Part shown: positions 46,400 to 62,049 of the stretch, piece by piece
Layout of the letters: each line of letters starts with the position of its first letter
How positions within the stretch are numbered: the first letter of the stretch is position 1
Source: the human T2T-CHM13v2.0 reference genome, Homo sapiens
Strand: one strand, 5' to 3'
Assembly: GCF_009914755.1 (NCBI RefSeq)
Contig: NC_060928.1
DNA: 64,000 nucleotides
Position numbers and translations under genes: made by a program
The notes under the pieces: model-generated
What the model saw: the letters and a program-made list of their open reading frames with translations, nothing else
Database searches by the model: none
Told to the model about the DNA's origin: nothing

Positions 46400-47870
46400 T
46401 CATATTTGACCTATTAGTTGTGTTTGATATAAGTTCATCTCTCCCTCCTCTTAGGTATACTTTCTTCATTTGGATTCCAAGACAAAAGTACCATATTTAT
46501 TCTCCTTTCTTACCGGTTGTTACTTCTCAATTTTCTATGCTTTTTACTCCACTTTCCTAAGTCTCTTAATATTGAAGAGTCTCAGGGCTCATTTTGGGTG
46601 AATGTTTTCTTTACTAACTATGTTCACTCACTTATTTATATAATACAATTTTATGACTTTTAATAATACTTATATTGCCACTCCAGACCTCTCTGTAATT
46701 CTATACTCATGCGTCTAAATGCGTAACCAAAATCTCCATTTGAATGCCTACCTCATATTTCAAACTTACCATGTAGTCTGATCTTCCTTCTCAAACCAAC
46801 TGCAGGTGTAGTTTCTCCATTTTAGTGAATAGCAAATCTATTCTTTGAGTTGGACTTGTCAAAACCTTGATTTCATATTTGGTTTCTTCCTTTCTTATGT
46901 AAACCCCAGAATTCCATCAGGAAATTTGATTGTTTTCTTATAGATCGCTCCAGATACAATCACTTTTGTTTTAACTCACCTGTTACAACTCTAGTTTGAA
47001 CAACATGATCTCTTTCCTCTACTGTGATTATCCTGATAGGGCCATCATTGTCTTTTACATAGACCACTACCACAGCCCTCCAGCTTGTCTCCTTGCTTTA
47101 AACATTGACCACTTATAACCACTTTTAAAACATATGTCAGGCCTAATCAGCCCTCCCTACGAAATTATGACTTATTTTCTTTTTTATTTTTTAAGATATG
47201 AAGTCTTACTCTGTCACCCAGGCTGCAGTGCTGTGACATATGATCATAACTCTCTGCTGCCTTGAACTCCCAGGCTCAAGGAATACACCTTCTTTATCCT
47301 CCTGAGTAGCTGGGATCACAAGCATGGGCCACCATGCCCCAATGAATGACTTCTTAACTCCAAGTGAGAGACAAAGGCTTACAATAGCCAACATAGCCAT
47401 CCATGAGTCTGATCTCTTTGATGTTATATCTATTACCTTCTCCATTTCTTGAACTATTCCAGGTACACTGCCCTCACTGCTGTTCCTTGAGCCGGCATTC
47501 TACCACCTTAAGGTCTTGCACTGGCTTTCTTCTTTGACTAGAATGATTTTACTTCTAGATGCCCAATGGCTAATTTCCTTACATGTTTCAAGACCTTTTT
47601 TAATGGGCGTCTTCTCAATTAGTTTTTGCTCACTACTGTTTATAACTTCAACCACTGACGCTGCTGTACAGTCCTCCTAATCTCTGCTGTCTTTATTTCT
47701 ATACTGCTTATGAATTTCTACCTATCTTGATTACTGTTCTTATGTTTATTCCCTATTACCCACGGAGAGTATATAAAGTCCACAAAGAAAAATAATTTCC
47801 ACATTTTCTCCCTGACGTACTCCAACTCCCACATGAAATACTCAGGAAGCATTTGCTGTATAAGCACATT
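46400..47870 (+). mobile_element. L2a-like long fragment
   Basis: ctccagacctctct..atctccatttgaatg..tttcaaacttaccatgt; cactgctgttccttga..ttaaggtcttgcactggct. Confidence 0.8.
47175..47340 (-). mobile_element. Alu monomer (FRAM or AluJ right arm)
   Basis: tcttactctgtcacccaggctg..ttgaactcccaggctcaag..gagtagctggga. Confidence 0.85.
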
Positions 47871-49964
47871 AGAAAGATGAAGAGATAGAAAAAAATAAGC
47901 GAAAAGAGAGTTTGGAAACACGAAGGATTGCTTGAGAAGGTGAAAGTTATATTTAATTAAAATTTCAGAAGCAGATTTAAGAGAAACACTGCAAGAAAAA
48001 AAATCCCCAAAAAATCAAGGATGAATTTACCTATAACTAAAACAAAAAAACAACAACAGAACACCAATAGCAAGAAACAAGCTTTTAGAAAGACAGTGGA
48101 CACTAGTTACAGGTTTCTTATAAGCAGCGATGGATTACACATGAATATTTTGAATTATTGTTTCCAAAATTTAATACATTTTGGCGTTTTTAAAGATATA
48201 TAGTGGTTTGATATGAAAATAATGTGCTAAGAAAACTTATAAAATTTAATACATTTTCTAAGGAAAAACTGATTTTAAATGTTATCAGTAAAATACATAG
48301 TAATCATATTTTCATAACTTCGTTAAGTACTAAAGGAGCTCATTCTCAAAACTTTTATATGAAAGGTAAATTGTGTAAGGGAGAGCATATATGATTGAAT
48401 TGAGCTGACAATCAGTATATGTATTAAGTAATTGTAAAATGTGAGTATATTAAATGTTCATAATTAATATTTTGTTTACATAAAATAGAATCTTACTTAA
48501 AAGTAATTAGAAACCAAATATTATACAACAGAGTTGTTTTTACTAAATTTGCAGAATTATTTTATTTGCTAATTAGAATATTTTTTTTCTGATTTATGTA
48601 TCATTAGAACTTACACTTATGCTGGCTACCCTATAAATACCAATCAATTTTATTCATTGTATATATTTCACCTATAATATTTGTTCTTGGCATTTGTACA
48701 TTATATTTTATGAAGTATTTAATTTTCAAAGCAATTAATAAGAGTTGTTAGACTAGTATTTAAGCATTGTAGAGAGAAACAAATCAAACAGAAGTAAAAA
48801 TGTTTTAAAGCTGATATAACTAGCACATTGCCAGATCAAGACTGAACTTGTCTTGATAATAGCCAAAATGCTATTTTGCTGAAGTAATACGAAAGTGATT
48901 GTGACCAATAAAGCTGCAGATAAGTGAAAGTTAAAATGTTAACAATTTCATAATTCTGTACTCCATATTAAAGACAATCTCATATATTGTGATGCAAATG
49001 AAGCAATATACAGATTAAAGCTATGTTTTAACTGTGTCTAATATCATTTACAGACTGCTACTAATTCTACTGTAATAATTTTACTAGTTTTAACAATTAC
49101 TTCTTGATATATTATCTACTCTTTAAAACCCAATGATATAAAGCTCTATTGTTCTTATACTTCTTCAAAAAATCAAGATAAAAGATTTTCAGGATAGAGA
49201 TAGATATAGTATTGACAGAGAAAACAAACAAAAGAACCATGGGTGGCCTAGAAGAGTCGTCTGACACTTTAAAATTATGATTCATAGGCTCCTTTTCAGA
49301 CCTAAGAAGTCTGAATATTTACAGATGTATACTTAGAATCTAACTGTTTAACAAATTTTTCATTTATTTCTCACATCACACGAGTCTCTTCCTAAGTTTG
49401 GTATGTGAAATTGTTGACCTACTATATTTCTTATTCCAATTTTTAAATAAATGCAGAACTAGGCAGCCTTCATTTTAATACAGTGTATACAATGTATACA
49501 ATGTATGCTTTAAACATCCATTACTTAACTAATACTCTATGCTAGATAATATAAGAATAAGTCATTAAAAATGTGGTTGATATTTTAAGTAATTAAAAAT
49601 ATTTATAAGCAAGAAGGCATTAGTCTAGTTGTTGTCAGCTCGTCATAAAATGATTGCAGTTATATAAAAATATAGCTGAGTAATTACATATTTTTAAATG
49701 CTAACTTGGGATAGAGTAAGTCAATAAGGCACATAGATGAAATAGGAAATCAATAAATATTATTTTACCTCATTTATGCAGTATGGGAAAGAATTGATAA
49801 TAATGGAAATGGAGGAAATTTATTATAAGATAAAGTCAAAAACCTTGGAAAATTACACATACATCCCTAAACAATATGCTACTTTTTTACTCCTTTCTCT
49901 GATAATTCCCCATGCCCTACTATTTAGTCATATTAATTGCAAGATCCTTAAAACATCATTCTGG

Positions 49965-50415
49965 TAAGCAATCTGTGAATATGTCAGGTTACATGGCAAA
50001 AAGGAATTAAAGGATGTTAATCAAACGCCCTTAAATAAAATAATCATCTCTGATTATCTAGGTGGGTCCAATGTAATTACAAGGGTTCTATAAAGTGGGA
50101 GAGGCAGAAGAGGAAAAACAAAGGGAAATGTGGCAATGGAAGACAGATACAGAGTGATGCAATACAGCTAGTTAAGAGCAGGAGGAAGTGGACCACTAAC
50201 CAAGGGAAGTGGATGTGACCTCTAGAAGCTGGAGGAGGCATGACAATGGATTCTCCGCTATAGCCTTTAGAAAGAACACAGTGCAAACACATTTATTTTA
50301 GCCTAGTGAGACCTGTGTAGAAATTCTGACCTATAGAACTGTAAAATAATTTTTATGTTGTTTAAATGACTGAATTTGTTATCATATAGTCACAGAAGCA
50401 ATACAAATTAATAGA
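49965..50415 (+). mobile_element. MLT1D-like MaLR LTR
   Basis: tgtgaatatgt..tacatggcaaaa..gattatctaggtgggtccaatgtaattacaaggg..ctctagaagctgga. Confidence 0.85.
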
Positions 50416-50851
50416 ACGATGCAATTTCCTTTTGATAAGACCACTTATCCCGTTATTTCAGCAAAATGTTTACATGTCCATTAAAACCTATTTAAAATCT
50501 CTCTTTCTCTGTCTTGTCTGTTCTACTATTTTTTCCCCAAAAAATTAGAAAATGCATCTAACATAGTCTTGCAGCACTGGTCTGATCTTATAGAACCTAA
50601 CATAGAATATTATAAATGATTACCTTCAGCATCATCAACAAAATATAAGCTCTTCAAAGATATAATTAATATCTTCATGTCTACGTCCCCAAAACTTAAA
50701 GTCATTTGACTCAAAATAAGTGCTCAGTTAATAATTACTGAGTTGAATTTGAGGTCATTAATCATTAGGAAAGGAATATTAAAAAATTTTGATCATGGAA
50801 AAGATAATGATAAATGTGTTTAAGTATCTGTGATTAAAAGATAGTAGGTTA

Positions 50852-51178
<327 letters not shown>

Positions 51179-51820
51179 TTAGTCAGTGTCTACCAGTGTC
51201 TCTGCCAGGAACTGGGATTATAGAGTTAAAAAAGAGCACAATCAGTTATTTTTCTCTTGGAGCTCCAACCGTATTACATTAAGGCATAAAACAATAACTG
51301 CAATTGTATTATATAAAAGTGTAATCACAAATAAAAAACATAAAACAAATGATTACATGATAAAAATATACCAAGTAGATACATGTAAAATTTCTGTAAA
51401 CTTTCTTTTATTATTCAAAGTCCTTTTGAAGCAAATCTGTATAAGAAGTTTAGGGTGCTTTATTCCTACGGTGCAAAACATTTCTTTGTTTAGAAAAATC
51501 ATTGGATGTACATTCTATTAATTGAGAAAATGAAAGAGCCACTTCTAAAATGCATTTTAAAACATATAGCCAGATAGTTAAATCTCAACTAATATTTTAA
51601 ATAGGTATGTTTGTAGTAGGCAGAATTACATTACTGCAGATTATATATCCTGAGCACATTCTTTGTAAAGTGCATATTGATGCTTATCTTTGGGAGATAC
51701 ACCTGTCTTCTTGTTACAGTAGTTAACTTACAGGATATTTGAAGCCAAGATATAAGTTTAGAAAAGCGGAGGGGAATATTTGGAAAAAGCCTCTTAGGTT
51801 ATAAGTTTAAAAGCAGAAGG

Positions 51821-52101
<281 letters not shown>

Positions 52102-52793
52102 AAAAGCAGAAGGAGTAAAATAGACAACAGAACAGAGTAATTACCACTCCCACAAATAGTCTTGAACCGGTCTTGTTTAGAGAGAGAGAAAGTGACGATT
52201 CTATCCGTTATAGAAAAATTATGCAGGGAAGAGCTCTTGATCCCCTTCTTAAAAATAGTGTAACAGTAAACAAATGTCTCAAATTTTCACCATTTCTGTT
52301 TGTCTATCATTAAAACAAATATAATAGTGGAACATGTCTTAATTGCATTGAGAATTATATAAGATAACGCTTGTAAATGAAGCTCTAATCAGTTCATCCA
52401 ACATAAGAGATTAATATATTGTAGTTAGAAAAATACAAGAAGTCGATCCACATAGAAACAATAAAACATCCTTGATGATGGGTTGAACAAATTGATTACG
52501 TTATCTTTCCCTATAAAGGTGATGGAATAAAAAGGAAAACAGGTTTAAGATAAATTAACTTAAGGACAAAAACGCAGCATTTCAAAATTAATATGAATTT
52601 TAGAACTAGACAAAATTATTTATAGAAGTATAAAGCACAGTAGAAGAATTTGCCAGAAAACCTAAAAGACTTGAGAAAAGTCAAACTCAACTAAAACAAT
52701 TGATATTTTCCTGTAGAAAGCCATGCTGGGGGCCCACTAAACATGAATGCTCATCACCTAGAGGTACCAACTCTGGTCAGAAACATATTATAT

Positions 52794-52989
52794 TATGAAA
52801 CCCACTTGATCATGGTAGATTATCTTTTTGATATGCTGTTGGATTCAGTTAGCTAGAATTTCATTAACGATTTTAGCATCTATGTTCATAAGAATATTGG
52901 TCTGTAGTTTTCTTTTTTTGATTGTGTCCTTTCCTGGTTTTGGTATTAGGGTTGATTCTGGCTTCATAGAATGAATTAGGGATGGTTCC
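52794..52989 (-). mobile_element. Inverted 5' segment of an L1PB1 (RT N-terminal region)
   Basis: Homologous to 39035-39230 and 40900-41090 of this window. Confidence 0.88.
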
Positions 52990-54017
52990 ACAATCTGTAC
53001 AACTGACAAAGGACTAATATCCAGAGCCTACAATGAACTCAAACAAATCAGTAAGAAAAGAACAAACAATCTTATCAAAAAGTGGGCTAAAGACCCAAAT
53101 AGACAATTCGCAAAAGAAGATATACAAATGGCCAGCAAACATATAAAAAAAATGCTCAACATCACTAATGACTAGGAAAATGCAAATCAAAACCACAATG
53201 CGATACCACCTTATGCCTGCAAAAATGGCCATAATCAAAAAATCAAAAAACAGTAGATGTTGGCATGGCTGTGGTGAGCATGGAACATTTCTACACTGCT
53301 GGGGGGAATGTTAATTAGTACTGCCACTATGGAAAACAGTGTGGAGATTCCTTAAAGAACTAACAGTAGAACTGCCATTTGATCCAGCAATGCCACTACT
53401 GGGTATGTACCCAGAGGAAAAGTAGTCATTATACAAAATGATACTTGCATACGCATGTTTATAGCAGCACAATTTACAATTGAAAAATCGTGGAACCAAC
53501 ACAAATGCCTATCAGTCAACAAGTGGATAAAGAAGCTGTGATGGTGGTGGTATGTATATGTTTATATACATATATACACACACACATATGATGGAATATG
53601 TATATCTACACAGGTGTATATTCATATATACATGATGACATACTATTCAGCCATGAAAAGGAATGAATTAACAGCATTTGCAGTGACCTGGATGAGATTG
53701 GAGACTATTATTCTAAGTGAAGTAACTCAGGAATGGAATACCAAGCATTGTATTTTCTCACTGATATGTGGAGCAAAGATATTAGACACAAAGGAATAAG
53801 AATAATACAATAGACTTTGGGGACTTGGGAGGAAGAGTGGGAGGGGATGAGTGAGGGATAAAAGACTACAAATATGGTGCAGTCTATACTGCTTGTTTAC
53901 TGCTTGGGTGATGAATGCGCCAGAATCTCACAAATTGCCACTAAAGAACTTACTCATGTAACCAAATACCACGTGTACCTCAAAAAGGTATGGAAAAAAT
54001 TAAAAATAAAAATAAAT
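52990..54017 (+). mobile_element. L1PB1-like 3' end
   Basis: gactacaaatatggtgcagt..cactaaagaacttactcatgtaaccaaatacc; A-rich tail. Confidence 0.92.
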
Positions 54018-54146
54018 ATTCAAAAGATTAATAATCAAACAGTTAACAAAGCCAGTATTATGAAACAGGGACACAAAAGTGAAATAAAAAAATAAAAACA
54101 AATTACCTAAACCTAAGGGAAATTAAAATGACAGCAATATGTGATA

Positions 54147-54747
54147 TAGGAATACCTCAAAGATATTGAGGGTGCAGTTCAACAGGAGTGGAATAAAGAA
54201 AATATCACATTAAAGTGAGGCACACAAATCTTTTGGCTTTCTAGTACATAAAAAAGTTGTGTTTACACTATATCGTAGTCTATTTAGTGTGCAATAGCAT
54301 TATATCTTTAAAATTAACATCTTTTAATTAAAAAATAGCTAAAAAATGCTAACGATCAACTGAGCCTTCAGTGGGTCATCTTTTTATTGCTGGAGGGTCG
54401 TGCCTCAATGTTGATGGCTTCTAATTGATCAGGGTGGTGGTTATGTAAGGTTAGGGTGGCTTTGCCAATATCTTGAAATAAAACAACTATGATTGTTCTG
54501 CCAGAACAGTAGAACTTTGAAAATTGGAGCCAATTCTCTCAAATCCTGACACAGCTTTATCAACTAAGCTTATGTAACATTCTCGATCCTTTGTTGTCAT
54601 TTCAACAATGTTCACAGTATCTTCACCAGAAGTAGTTTCCATCTCAAGAAAACACTTCTTTTATTCTCCATAAAAAGCAACTCCTCATCCTTTCAAAGGT
54701 GATCATGAAATTGCAGCAATTCACTCTAATCTTCAGCCTCCACTTTA
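54147..54747 (-). mobile_element. Tigger1 3' portion
   Basis: TIR-like taggaatacctcaaagatattg after TA; cctttgttgtcatttcaacaatgttcacag. Confidence 0.88.
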
Positions 54748-54749
54748 GA

Positions 54750-54797
54750 TTTTTATTTTAGATGGAGTCTTGTTCTGTCACCCAGGCTGGAGTGCAG
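54750..54797 (-). mobile_element. Alu 3' stub
   Basis: agatggagtcttgttctgtcacccaggctggagtgcag. Confidence 0.85.
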
Positions 54798-55695
54798 CTA
54801 TGTATATTAAAATAGAATATGATAATTGTGTAGAACATACTTTGATATTTCAACATCTGTTATTGGAAGTTATAATAGAACAAACAAAATAAAAGGAAGA
54901 GAAAATTCTAAAATAAAGAATATAAAATATCTAAGTGAATTTATCATCTCTACAACTTTTCTTAAAGATAAGTTAATATTAAATAGACAGCAGCAAGATT
55001 AAAATAAATTCAAGAATATATAAAAAGTTTAAGAGAAATAATCAGTAATAAAAGGTTTTTGAAAATTAAAGATTTCTTAATATGTTGCTGGGAAGTTTTG
55101 GGCAACTGATATTTTAAAAATCATTGCAACAAGAGGCAATGAATTTGTTACAGTGAAATTTCTGTAACAAAAGTAACAATAACTAGTATTGTATATGTTT
55201 TAACAAACTTTGATCAGAGAAACGATACATTTAAATTAGGTAAGCTACTAGCCTTGAAAAAAGGCTTGAAATAATATAGTTCTTGAATAATTATGTATAC
55301 TTCCAGAAAAAAAGTTTAAATATATTTAATAGAGATATTTAATGTAGTTATCAAATATATTTAATATAATAAAATATATTTAATATAGAGTTAACCTGAA
55401 CACTCTAGGACTAAAGTATTATGGGGTACCAAATCAAAAAAGTGAACTAGAATTCCACATCAAAGTCTTTGAAAAGCCAGGAAAAAATAAACACTCCTAA
55501 ATAATCCTAGAAAAAAAGATTTTAGGGATAGCACTCCTTTTAATGCGTTTTCAGTTTTTACTAGTTTATTCAGTTTTTCTAATCTCTTGAAATAAAAGAT
55601 GGCATTTTATACAATTTGTTTCATTTAAAATTTAAGATTTTTAGAATGTTACTGTTCTTGATATCCTGATATATTTTTGAAAATTATTTTCTTCC

Positions 55696-55860
55696 ATGTT
55701 TAGCAGCTTCCCTGGCCATTAAACACTAGATGCCAGTAGCAGGACTCTCCCCTAATTCTGCCTTCCCCAGTCCCACCCTCCAGTTGTGACAACCAAAATG
55801 CCTCCAGACATTGCCCAATTTCTCCTGGGGGATAAAATCACCCTTGGTTGAGCACCACCG
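55696..55860 (-). mobile_element. MER20 (hAT-Charlie) partial
   Basis: cactagatgccagtagca..ccagttgtgacaaccaaaatgcctccagacattgcc..ggttgagcaccac. Confidence 0.88.
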
Positions 55861-56533
55861 AACTAGATAAACAGAAGTTATGGAAGGGTTTGATGAAAAA
55901 AGGCATAATCAAAATGTCAAGATTATTTTTATTGATTGCATTTAGAAGCAATTTCAATGTTAATATGAAGGAAAGTGGCATAAAGTTTTTCGAACACTGG
56001 TGGAAAAAGATATATCTTTAGTCAAATTCACCTGTCCAATATCAAAACATGCTCTAAAGCTTTGTTATTTAAACTGTAAAGCAGGAATTGAGAAAGAGAT
56101 CTAAGAAATGGAACAAACAGTCCAGGAATAGATCAATGTTACCGACAATGTGATGAAATAGGCACCTTCACACAATAAAATGGTATCGCAATATAATGGT
56201 GTAAATTGGTACAATTCTTAGATAGGTAAATTGTCTATATGTATCAAATTAATGTATATCAAGTTAATAAAATATTTATTCTTCTGGGAACACACACACT
56301 TGTCAGAATATTATGAAGTTGTTAAGAATTATCTTTATGAAGAGTACGTAATAATATGCAAACATACCTATGTCACATTAAGGGAGTAAATATCCAGAAT
56401 ACAAAAAATGTATATTCAATATGAACCCAATTATGTTAAAAATAATACAAGTTTAGGGGGTGTGGAAAATAAATTATTTTCTCTATCCATAGTGGTAGGA
56501 TGAACTTTTTCATTTTCATTTTTTATATGTTTG

Positions 56534-56536
<3 letters not shown>

Positions 56537-56564
<28 letters not shown>
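56537..56564. repeat. (TC)n microsatellite
   Basis: Direct observation. Confidence 0.92.
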
Positions 56565-56568
<4 letters not shown>

Positions 56569-56902
56569 GATCAGACATAATACAGTACTGCCAATTTATA
56601 CAGATTTTTTAATAACCTATTTATGGCTGTATGTATGTAATGCATGTGTTTGTGTTCTAATTTAATCCCTGTAGTTTTTTTTCAAGTATCTCTTTAATTG
56701 TCTTTTTGTGTGCACCAATATCCTGTAACTTTGCAATGGGGCATTTATTTGAGAATTCCAACAAAGGAGAGAGAACTCTTTGTCTAAGATGGTCTCTGGT
56801 TAACTAAAGTATTTTAAAATTCGCTACTCACATTGGATAAACTTTGTGCCTTTTGTCAATACCATTTCATATTTACTTTTCTTTATCACATTTTTCTCTT
56901 CC

Positions 56903-56925
56903 TGCGTGTGTGTGTGTGTGTGCAT
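56903..56925. repeat. (TG)n microsatellite
   Basis: Direct observation. Confidence 0.85.
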
Positions 56926-57768
56926 TTGTGTTTGTGCATGCATACATGATTTTACTAGCCAAAGTCTTTGTAGGGATTCTGTGAGAACTCCATTCCTAAT
57001 TTGTAACCAAATCTCTATCTTCCTCCTAATCTTCACAGAGAAGCTACTTTTTAGCACGTCAGCGTACTATGGAAGTAAAACATCTTCTCACGAGTCTATC
57101 AGTAAAATATAGAAAGATGAATACTAATAAATGAGATGTTCTCCCCAGTTTTCTCAATTTTCCATCTAACTTTTTAATCTTTTTAAATTTTTCCATTAAA
57201 ATTACTTATTCTAATCTCATAATAGCTACCTTATAGGTGAGTTAACATGTGAACAAAACTCAAAACAGTGCCTGGTACTAAATAAACATTTGCTGTTTTT
57301 TTTTTAACTTTCCTTATCAATGGAGAGCTTTATGAATTTTTACAAAACGTATTAATGCATTGTGATATGTCTTAAATATATTCTCTGCTTACAGCAGTGG
57401 TTTAATGACCTGGGGTTTCAGTGAAACACAAAATAGAGCTTTCTCGTGAAGGAGCTTGTAGTCACATATTCATGTCTAGAGACGTAAGTAAAATTCAGAT
57501 AAAAGGCAGAATTTCTATGGGATACAAAATTTTAAATCCATTTAAGTATAACTAGATCAAATTAGCCTAGGAATTTACAGTAAGAATGTATTTCAATCAA
57601 TAACAATTTCATATGAAAAACTGCAGTTTTAATGGGAAGTTGTTTAAGTATTATTAAAAAGTTGGTACTGTCCACCAGGTCATGCATTCTTTATCATGCT
57701 TCTCTTCCTTATCTAAAAGATCCTCCAAATACTTTAGTTTCTCCCAATTCTGGGAGCCCTAATGTGGC

Positions 57769-57886
57769 TAGATACAAAACTAATTTATTTTGAGTTTAGT
57801 TTTTACATAACATGGTTACAAGTTTGACCCTTAATATGGTCATCAAAAAGTGACTCTTAGGGAATGTATTTTTCAAATAGGTACCT
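57769..57886 (+). repeat. Copy A of a diverged local direct repeat of about 117 bp
   Basis: Aligns nearly gap-free with 59257-59373. Confidence 0.85.
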
Positions 57887-58856
57887 GTCTTTTTGAGCTT
57901 TCAAAGCAAATTTTTAGGCCAATTCATGTTTTGTTTCTCCTGTCGTACACAATGTACACACCATCACCAAATGCTACATAAAGAATGAGGAAGCAACACT
58001 CTGCCTGTGTGGATTCCTTTTCCTCAGCTGTATATCTCAGATAATGTTGAACCTATTTTCCCATTGATATCTGGGGATTTATGTACTTTATTTCACTGTG
58101 CATTGATTGGAGAATAAATCCCTGCAATATATTTCTTTTCCATGACTTTGTTATATATCTATGTTTCAGACCAAACGTTGCTGTCATATTTTAGTGTTTT
58201 TACCACACAATCTACAGACAATCCAATCAGACCAACCAAAATAGTTCATCTTTTACCCTGCTAAAAATACATATTTTTGAAAACTTAACAATATTTAATA
58301 TATGTTTTTAGTTTTTGAAGACACTTTTTCTTTTTGAGCAATGGAGAAAAATAAAAGCAAAACCTGAAAAGACAATTGTTACCAGTCAATATTTAAAACC
58401 CACAATGTGACACAACACACAAAAATACATTTGTTGAAACAAATCAGTTGCTAGAACATATCTAATAGATTGCCAGTATTGATTTAAGCATCCAGTAGTT
58501 TATATGATATTCATTCTATTATTTCCACTGTATGGCATTATCTGTACATCTTCGATTCCTAGCATAGTTTCTGACATAAAGTTGTTTTAAAATGTTGTAT
58601 TAAATTAACTCAAGTCAGGCACTAATTACTGTTAAGAAACTTTGCTTTTCCATTAAAATACATGCAACACGTTTTGATTTTTACATTATAGTAATTATTC
58701 AGCTAAAATATATCTTTAAACAAATAAGCATAACACAGAGTAATAATTAAAGGAACCATTTTATTACAGCAGTAATATCATCAATGGAAAAGAAGTTATG
58801 CTACATTCGTGCAGTTCTTTTGGGCCCAGTTAGGCCTTGTATAGAATTAAGACCCA

Positions 58857-59229
<373 letters not shown>

Positions 59230-59256
59230 TCACCCCAAAGAAGGGTGCCTGGCACA

Positions 59257-59373
59257 TAGACACAAAGCCAATTCATTTTGAATTTAGTATTTAAATAAAA
59301 AGGTTGCAAGTTTGAGCATTGGTATAGTCATCAAAAAATGACTCTTAGGGAACATATTGTTGGATAGGTATCT
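59257..59373 (+). repeat. Copy B of the diverged local direct repeat
   Basis: Shared core gtcatcaaaaa(g/a)tgactcttagggaa. Confidence 0.85.
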
Positions 59374-59435
59374 AACACAGATGGCTTCGGTCTTGCTTTT
59401 GAAATGTTTCCCCAGAAAGAAAATATAGAAGATAG

Positions 59436-59733
<298 letters not shown>

Positions 59734-62049
59734 TAGAAGTAATTTCTAGTAGTAACAATTGAGATGCTCCAACTGAAAATTTTAGGTTATAATTATGGAT
59801 CATTATTTTAAGTGACTTGGTTTGTAGACATTTATCCAAAATGTATAAATACATTATACATTTAATAAACACAATTTATGAGAAAAATTACTGTAGATAA
59901 CCTTGATGATAAGATGTCATCAAGCGACCACTTATGAAATTCCCTGCTAAAGCCAAACATTCCAATCCTCGGCCACCTCCACTGGCTGTTGGGTATATTT
60001 GATAACTGCAATATTTGATTCAACATTTACCCTTCATTACTTCAAAGTTATTAGAGATGTTCTGAAAAGTCTAGATATCCTGACAACAAAATTATAGGAG
60101 TTAAATAAAACAGAATGAATGATTCCATGTAGATTTTGAACCACGAACCATCTTTATTCTCAGCTTCTCAACTCAAATGGCTATATCACAAATTTTAATA
60201 TACCAAATTTCAAAATTTTTAGAATACCTGCTGGTATTATCATCAATCTAAGTTCAATATTTGAGTTAGTGACTCAATTTTTGACTAATATAACAGATTG
60301 ACCATTTAAAAATAAATCTCTGTATTTATGTTTTAACTTTTATGGCTCTTCTTTGAATGCTAACAGTTAAAAAATACAATTAAAGATAACCAACATTGAC
60401 TAAAACTTTATGAAACACAATATGATATAAAAAAATAAGCTACATGAGAAGAAAAACTCTCCCATATACTTAATATATCGCATATATATGATGCTTGGGA
60501 AATTTTGGAGAGTGGGTGCAGTACGACAATGCCTACTTTGTTCTAACTAGCATGAGTGTCTTGACTGAGAATGACAATCAAACTCATCAGATACAATAGG
60601 CTTCCTCAGTTCATAAGTAATAAAGGCCACTGAGCTTTAAAAAAAGAAGCAAAAAATTATTGAACAAGAAACCGTACAACGTGCACAACATTTTAAGTAC
60701 AGTATTTTATGTCTGAGTAATTCTGCCCTTGGAACTTGCATAGACTCAAAGGACTAGGCTGAAAATTTGAGGAAAACCTTAATTCAGAAAATTCATCAGA
60801 TTCCATATCTAAGCCCTTCAGAAATGCATGACCAACACCATTCTTCGGACTCACCAGAAACCCATCAACTGGTGGCTCTTTACTTAATAAACTGTCCAAA
60901 GCGAGTCCTAGTGCTTAGTCTGGTACAACTGGCCTCATCAGAGTTTCAAGTTGTTAGATAAACAAGTAACAATGTCTTCAGTTATACGTTGCAAGAGGAA
61001 CTGATCAAGCCAAATATTCATGGACTCCCCAAGCTAGAGGACAGACCATAGAATCAGGTTATTAACCACTTTCTTCAAAAGCTGAGCATCAGTGTAGGTT
61101 ATACGACAAGGTTTAATCGAGTAAATGAAAATCACTTAAAAAGCTTTCCTATTAATCACACATGTGTTGAGAACATACATTTATTATGAATAATTTCTTG
61201 TTGAATATTGATAAATGTATTCATTTTAATGTAATACAATGATCATAACACAATCATTAATTTATAATTCATGATTAAATGTTTGATATGGAGTATCTTA
61301 AGTGAATGTGCTGCTTCAAAGTTTATTTCAACTCACCTGTAGTAGTTTCTAGTTTCTAGTTTCTTAAGAAGACTAACTTTAGCTCTCTATACCATGTTGG
61401 TTTTCTAAGTATATTTTCAGTGAATGCATTTTATAAACACTTTTTGATTCACAGATACTTAGTTGATTAGATATTTAATTGTTGACCTTTCAAATATCTT
61501 TTTTTCTGACTCTTAATCAAATTAAAATGTACTAACTTAAACTTTTCAAAGATTTTAGAAACAAATATTATTTGGTTATCTTTTCCTCCCAGGACATTTG
61601 ATATGCTAGTTACAAGAAAAGTGGAATCCTTGTTTAAAAGGACATTGCAGTGATGTGGTAAAAATATACATATAAATATGCATGCTTTCTCAATTTTTGC
61701 TTCTTGAACACATGAATACTTCCTAATGCATGTATGGTATTCATATTACTATATCTTTACATAATAGGAGAAAACGTTTAAATTCTGAAACTCTAATAAA
61801 TGAGTTTTCATTATTATAATTGGCAATTTATATATTTAACTGCCTGCTCTTTTAATTTGTCTTTACTAATTGGTATTAAGATGATATAAAAATTTTAAAA
61901 ACATAACAGATAAATATTAATTTTGCATTTTAAACGTTTAAATTATATAATGTAACTGGTTTTAATTTAACATAAAAGAACATTTTATCTACACAGATTA
62001 TGCAATATAAGTTACTTTTTTAATTTAAATTTTATTTGTGCATGATTAC

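Noticed and set aside
60693-60899. 68-aa protein-like ORF
   Set aside because: Non-ATG start, no recognisable family, and it crosses a putative splice donor.
61343-61364. Very short tandem repeats (tagtttc x3; also 49485-49507 and 62838-62870)
   Set aside because: Ordinary slippage products in AT-rich DNA.
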